Positions 56,897 through 64,000 of a stretch of 64,000 nucleotides of DNA are shown piece after piece. This stretch comes from Euglena gracilis (Eukaryota). The notes under the pieces were generated by a model. The model was not told the DNA's origin. It did no database searches and saw only the letters and a program-made list of their open reading frames with translations. Where the stretch lies: positions 14,805,667-14,869,666 of the forward strand of contig CP154954.1 of the NCBI GenBank assembly GCA_039621445.1, given 5' to 3'. The position numbers and the translations under genes are program-made. Position 1 is the stretch's first letter; the number at the start of each line of letters is the position of its first letter.

Positions 56897-59800
56897 AAAG
56901 TCAATTTCCCACACAGGGGATTTCTTAAGGACCCCGGGGGGGTCCAGCCTCCGGCTGGAAAAAAGGCCGCTCACAGCCATTTTTGTGATTGTCATTCAGC
57001 CATTTGGCTATTTTTTTTTTACTTGGTTTAGTGTTTTGTGCATCTTTTTTTTTGGCTGCTTTGTTACTTCTGCCATTACTTTCTGGCTGATTCTGGCTGA
57101 CTCGGTCATTTTTCAGTGACATTTTCCTTGTTGTTGGCATTTCTGAAGCGATATTACGATCAATCTTTCTGTTTTCATTGGTTGCAGCAATTTCTGGGTG
57201 GATCTCCCCAGTCGGCGCAGTCATTGTCAAATAATTACGGATAATTATGGATCGCAACAAATGGTGCCCCATGCTCTGATTGTTGTCTTATTGACCACCT
57301 CTCAATAGCGATGCGAGGCTTGCAGCTGTCATTCAGTCTCCGCCTAAGACCCCGTGACCTGGTTGCTGTTGCCGTGCCCACGCCTGACGTAAACACCCCA
57401 TCTCCTCACCCGTGACCCATGACCCATATCTATTCACTCCGTACTTTGTTTGACGAGGTGTCTCTCGCATTCCAAGCAGGGAGCCGCTTAAGCCGAAGGG
57501 CGCCTCATCCCCAGGCCCACCAAATTTCTAAACGTACAAAGTTGGCCCCCTAAGGTTGCCCCCCGCCTTTCCTTCAATCATGACGTGGTTCACATGTGTC
57601 GAAGTTGAAGTTTTCGCCGTTCCGGGTTCCCCACTTGTCTGTGGACCCCGGGGTATTAACCAGGTTTTGTGCAGTGCTGAGCCCCTGACGTTGCCATTGC
57701 TGCAGCAAATGTTTGAGGCTTGTGGCCAGGCCCAGCGGCCCGGCCCGGTCTGGTGGCACGGCCGGTAGCCCGGCCCGGCAGCCCACCGCTTTCCCGGCCT
57801 GGAAGCCCGGCGGCCGGCCCGTCCGGCAACCTGGCGGCCCGGCAGCCCGGCCCGGCCCGGAGGGCACCCCGGCAGCCTGGCCCGGCTGGCAACCCGGCGG
57901 CCGGACTGGCAGCCCGCGTGGCCTGGGTCCGGGAGGCCCAAAAAGATTGTTTTGGGCAATTTTTTTTCGATTCTTTTCGACATTTTGGACCCGGAGTTTT
58001 ATTCGACTTTTTTGACCCGGAAATGACCCAAGGTGCTGGGAAGCTGGCGGGTCGAAAAGCGTTCATTTACCCCTGGAAAACAGCTTTTTGGCCAATAAAC
58101 ATGGTTCTGGGCAAAAAAGAATTTTTCCGCTCGCTGCTTTTTTTTAAGCCCCGAAATGGCCGAAAACGAAGGAAGCCTGCCACGCTGTTTTGGGCCGTAA
58201 ATTGTTCATATCTCGCGCTGGTGGGGATTTATGGGGAAGTCAAAATATCATTAGATAGAGCGTTCCAAGGGCTTCAATTTAGGTCTCCGGATATTTCCTT
58301 TGATTTTGCTTCATTTCCAAGATATTTTTGAAACCTCGATATTTCGGCCCCGAAAACAGCCTAAGATGGCCCCAGAAACAGGCAAAATTGGCCGGAAAAT
58401 GGCTGTAATTTGGGCTGCACGAAGAGTTTGGGTTCAGTAAAACATTGTTGGATAGGGCATTCGAGGGCGTCATTTCTGGACTGTGGACATTTTCTTTTGT
58501 TTTTCTTGATGTATTTCGAAGGAAAATCGGTTTTTTTGACCGAAATTCGACCCCAAAAAAAAAACTCAGGCGGGACATCTCGCACTTGAGATTTTTTTCT
58601 TTGTTGATGTGCACAATTGCGCACATTGACATCTTTCAGACATCTTTTATGAAAATGACATGATATAACCCCTAAAAACCGAAAATGTGAACAAGATGTG
58701 ATGGGGTGCCTCAAAACGCGGAGGTGAAAACAGGGATTTTAGTCGAGAGGATGCCCAGGAGCAGGCATCACTGTGCTCCCCAGGTGGAAATGGTCATTTT
58801 GTACTTTGCCTAGTTTTGTTCCATTAAAAAGTTCCAAGTATTGCAAAACGGGCAGTTTTGGCAGGTTTTGGGGGGGGGGGGTCAAATAAAAAAATTCCGG
58901 TGCTTCGAGCCGGTCACTTGTAACAAAACCACCACCAACCTGCAAGCGGACCCCCCTGGGCCCAAGCGAAATTTGGTTTCTGGTGGCTTGCAAAATGGCT
59001 AGCTAGTGGATCCAGCAGGGATAGATGGGAAGTCCTTCAGCTTTGAGTAGGTGGTGGGAGGGTCCAGACCTTCCTGGGGGTGACGTGCCACCCCCCAGAT
59101 GTTGGGAGGGAGTGGCCAGACCCCCACCCCCCATCCTTTGCTGGTTTCAAAAGTAGCGAAAAAATTTCCTCCGGTGCTGCGCCCAAAGACAGCCCAGCAA
59201 GACACGAGGGCCAGTTGGGGGAGATTGGGGGACCCGCACCTCGGACCTCCCAGGAGAGAGGGGTCCAGTTAGTAGCTTTTCCAGTGGCGATTTTGCAGAC
59301 CGCCCGATTATTACAGTTCCTCATTTTTCATGACAAATCGTCCCATCATGCTGTTTTTTTTTTTGGTATTGGCGTTCGATTCGCCGCCCCTGGTCCTGAA
59401 CCTTTGCAATCTGACCAAGTTTTACAATAATCATTTTTTGTTCCGTCCTAGTTAGTTTGTATGTTATAGTAAGACAATATTTTCCTTCCCACCTCATTTG
59501 TTGCACTGCAACCACTTTGACGATGCCGTGTCTTTGCCTGTGGTGACAGAAGGTGCTTTATTTGCAGCTGTCTGTGCAGTGTCCACTGAACTGACCTGCA
59601 AGAGTGTGAAATTTGTTTGTTTTTTTTGCGTTTTTTTTTTGTTTGACTCCCTGTTTACATTTTGAGGCACTTACCCCCCCCCCCCATGTGTTATGAACCC
59701 CTGTACAGGGTTCATAACCTTCCAGTTTGTCAGCTTTCACAGCATAGAAAAAGCCCATACACCCGCGCTCAAAGAATTTACCTAATTCGGACTCTCCAGA

Positions 59801-62800
59801 TTTCAATTTGGTGTCTAATCAGGTTGGGGGGGGAAATACATGAAATAAAAATTAACCTGCGTTTTATGGATTCCAGACCATTTCACATTCCCTCATTGGA
59901 AAGTGGTCAACCAACGATGGTGGGTCATAAATTGTCACTGCGTGACAGGACAAGGTATCGGAATATTGGCACAGGGCTGGCCCCTTTCCAACCCATTTGG
60001 AACCATGCAACGTGCTGTAGCGTCCCCCAATGGCTGCATCATTCATCGAACATTATTATGCTCCTGCAACTTTGTATTTTGGTGGGATTTCAAGACCCTC
60101 AAGGGGGGGCTTTACAGAATTTACATGTTTCGGGGGGGAAGTCAAGCTTATCTGGGTGACCTATGCAAGATTTGCTGTGTATTCCTATTTTCCTCAATAA
60201 TGTGCATTTTTCTGTCGGAAACGGACGTTCTCTGTTGAAATTCTTGTATCCACCCGAAATTTTTTCAACTTTCTTCTGGAGGACTCCATTGAGGGGCTTC
60301 GTGTTTTTTTGGGGTATTTTGGGGGTTTTGCAATATTTTTGTGTACGACTTCCTGAATTTCTGGGACAAAGAGGGGGTTGGCTTTCAGAATTTGAAAGTA
60401 GCAAGTTTGACTGATTCAGCCTGCGTCCATCAACCAATCGCCCCGCTGACACCTAATTGTACAGCTTCCCACGCTTTCCCCTGCTTCGAGCCCAGGCTTC
60501 TGCAGTTGCGCTGAAATGCTAAATTGGTGTAAGGAGAATGGGGGGCAAGCGCCTGGGGGTGGTGGGGAGCTCCCCTCACCGTGTTCAAAAATTACGACAT
60601 GTGCGCAGAATCGGCACATTACCCACGCCGGGGGGGGGGGGGCGCGCAAGCGCCGGGGTGAGTGGAATCCAGACCAAAGCTCGGTGTGCTTCGGAGAAAA
60701 GAACCGGAAGCCTTTTTTTTCGCAGAAGTCTCTCCGCGTTCCTTTGGGAGTCGCTCCATGGAAGCCGTGCGGCAAGCTTGCCACCATTGAGGTGTTGAAG
60801 TGGCGCAAGTCGAGCCCCGCTTCATCTTGCAGCCCCGAAGCTGGTTGTTGCTGGCCCAGGGTGAGGTCCCCTGGGCCCAAGAAAACGTTTGGTGGTGCTT
60901 TGCCAATTATTTGGCACAATGCAATCACCCTCGCCTACGCACCCAATGACCAACCTACCTCTCTGCATTTGAGCTTCGAAATGGTAACCGATACCGCTGA
61001 CGTTATTGTTTCCTTCGGGGGGCACACCTCTTGCAATCTGAAGTGTGCCACTGGCTGAATGACTCTCCTTCCCAGCCTGCCATAGGGTGGACTCTGGCCT
61101 GAATCGCCCCTGACCGCCTTTAATTTTACCTCCCTGAACCATCAAATGTGCTGATGAGCTACCGCAGGTAGGAGGTTTCGCAGGCGAATTTCCGTGATTC
61201 CAGCAATGATTGCTTTGTTCTTGTTCCAATTATCGGGAAGTCGTTAGCTGAATATGAAACAAACATTTCCGCCTGGCCATGCAAAAGATAACAAGCAAAA
61301 GAGCGATATAAAAAAAAATTCAGTAATTCAAACAGAGCCGCCATGGATGCCTTTCAAACCGACGGGGAAAATGAAAATGTGTGTGAGTATTAAGTGTTTT
61401 CTTGAGGAACCCAAAGTCCGCCTGCCAAGGTGCTGGCTGGACCCCCTTTTTCAGCTAAAAAGGTAATAACACCCGCCCTCAAAACACCCGCTCTTCACCG
61501 ACTTTTTTATATACCAAATTTCATTTATTTGCATCCAAAACAGATCCCCCAGCCCACCTTCGCCCTGGGACCTCTCCCCCCCTCTCCCCCCCCCCCCCCC
61601 CCGTCACCCTCACTCTCCGCCTGTTTTTTGATTGCATTTGCATTTGGATCTTTTGTTTCCCACCTGAGTTGGTCTGAAATGTATGCTTATCTTTCCTTCT
61701 CCTCCGTCCGCCATGGGGCCCACACAGTCAGACGCCCCCCAGTCTAGTGCGGTGCCCCGAGGCGCCGTCCCCTCACTCGCCACCGCACGTGTGCCGCATT
61801 CTGCCTCGGTCGCCTCCATTCCCAGGGTGGGATGGGCAGCTGGTTTGCCCAGGCGTGGGGATGCCATTTTCCAGAAAGGGACCATGGAAGCTGAGGATGG
61901 GGGAGCACCGGAGCTCCCCCAGGTTTTCACCTCGCATTTTGCTTTTTGACACGAAGATCAGGCTGTATTGTCGGGTGACGACCCCACCCGGGGGGGCTGC
62001 CTGTCTGGGCACTCCAAGGCACCCCAAATCTGACCTGAGTTTTGAAGGCTTTTCCAAAGTTTCCAATGCCCCCCACCGGGATCTGTGAAAACTGTCGGGG
62101 CGCCAGCAAAACTTTGTTGTGTTTTCATTTTTTTAAATAAAAATGTTTAAGCCGTTCGCTTTTGGCATCCCATGCTTTGCTGGCGCTGCCGGCCCACCCT
62201 GGCGGTCTCTTCCTCCCGCCGTTGTGCCTCTGCTACTTGGCCGGGACGCTCCCCCCTCCGGTCTGCACCGCCAGCAAGCTCCTACAGTAAAAATGGCCGA
62301 AAATGAAAAAAAGTTTCTTTGGTGGATTCTGGTTGAAGTTGATCTACTCTCAGAAAAAAGAAGCCTATTCCCAAAACCTTGCATTTGCATATTGTAACAA
62401 AAACTCTTTGAATATTTTTAATTTCTTGGATGTGTTTACATGAATGATCAAATGCATTGTTGGCATGCAGGGATTTAAAGGTAACTTTACCCCCACCTAT
62501 AGGAAAAAGTCGCCGAAAATGGCCGAAAATGGCAAAATTCTGGGGTCAACTGTAGGTGCTTGACCTGACTGCACCTCCAGCGTGCCGGGCCTTCCACGCG
62601 CGCTCAGCCACCGCGAGGTGCTGACTCTCAGGTGGCAAAAGGACCTTTCCTCCCCTGTGGAAAGCCACGCAGGACAAACAACAAGAAGTGGGTGGTTGGT
62701 GTGTGCAATTGCACACGTCAACCATTCAAATGTTCAGAAATGTTGATTGTTCCACAATTTCAGGACTGAAGAACTGCAATTTTATATTCAGTTCTTCAGG

Positions 62801-64000
62801 ATGAAACCTGGAAATGTTGTGTATTTGTTGTTCCAGGGGCTAAGAAATGGTTTTTCACAGCTTCGATTGCCGTTGTTCAAATTTAGGCGTGCAGGCTGGT
62901 CCTTTATATGTATTTAAATTCTGCCTCTGAAATACCTCTGAATATGCATACATTTGTAACAATCACATAACCATTTGTACAATGTACAAACTCATCATTT
63001 TTGGCTGGCGCATCCACTGTTCACAATTGCACAAACGGTTGGTGTGCATATTTGCGTTCACCAAATCGTTCAGTCAATATCCCAGGTTAATGAGACAACC
63101 ATTGCAGGTTTATAAACACACCTGCTGGATGTTGGTGTACGTTTTGACTAAAAATATAGGAAAACGCGATTTTTTGGGCCTTTTTCAAGTCCCAAAATTT
63201 TCCCGCACATTTTTTCCCCCAGGAGCATTTTTTCCCCCAGGAGAGAATCCAACCTCCCCCCTCTGGAGGTGTCCAAACCACCCTGCCTACTAATTTCATA
63301 ACCTGGTCGAACCCCCCCCCTGGTCAGAAACAAAAATAAATGTTTCTGCGATTGCCTCCCTGGTCACAGACGAACATTCATGGTCGTTGAACAGGAGGGA
63401 TGGGAAGTTGTTGCGGGTTGAGAAAACGTCGAGATCTGGACGATGATGAACAATGCAACCAATTCCTAATGATCACGCTTCTTCATGAGTTTTCACAGTT
63501 CAACCCTGGGGGGGGGGGACTGCAGCTAGTCCAAATTTCCCTTGAGGGCGGTCCGCAGGTTGGTGGTGGTTTTTTGATACAAAACTGAAGAAAATTTTTA
63601 TTTGACCCCCCAAAATCAAAATTTGCCAAAAATGACCGTTTTGCAATTTTTGGAATATTTCTTGAAAGAAAACCAGCCAAGAAACGAACTCACCAAAAAC
63701 CCATTTCCATTGTGTGTGTGTGTGTGTGTATGTGCGCACGTGTTTATGGTTGTGTGCAAATTGTCCCATCATGCTGGCTTTTCGTATTGGCATTCGATTT
63801 CACTCCACTGGTCCTGGACTTTTGCACCTGCAATCTGACCCAGGTTGTCAGAAATCATTTTGTTCCACCCTACTTGTTATATGTGTTATAGAAGGAGAAC
63901 GCTTCCTTCCTTCGTACCTCATTCGTTGCACTGCAGCCACTTTCACCGTGCCATGCCTTTGCCTGTGGTCACGGAGGGTGCGTTGTTTGTGGGTTTCTGT

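Larger units (their letters stand above)
37276..64000 (+). repeat. Segmental duplication, copy 2 (runs off the window end)
   Basis: Collinear with 679-28755. Many ORF-track translations are identical or nearly so (e.g. 20429-20827 vs 55540-55938). Confidence 0.97.

Overview
This is repeat-dense eukaryotic nuclear DNA. The homopolymer-rich MITEs, (GT)n/(TCTA)n tracts and decayed retroelements suggest a protist, possibly a euglenid, but that is inference only. I could identify no intact gene, rRNA, tRNA or CRISPR array. A ~36.6-kb-period direct duplication dominates the window (679-~28755 recurs at 37276-~63948 and runs off the end), so the two copies act as filled and empty sites for each other. 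Main observations: (1) a decayed long + strand ORF ends in a StopGo/2A peptide, VGRGSLMTCGDIEPNPGP, which matches 14 of 18 residues of viral T2A and is intact in both copies; (2) a 5'-truncated Penelope-like RT C-terminus on the - strand has a long downstream extension carrying a second NPG-type motif (RIGEADNPGS); (3) a 3.3-kb Mutator-like element with long TIRs and a perfect 10-bp TSD, present only in copy 1, carries a frame-conserved (DADAGQ)n repeat ORF; (4) an older internal duplication of an unidentified, now disrupted gene shows synonymous-biased divergence; (5) several hAT-type MITEs have 8-bp TSDs, and there are other TIR elements and a ~130-bp hairpin. Some stretches (3430-4720, the G-tracts) look like assembly consensus noise.
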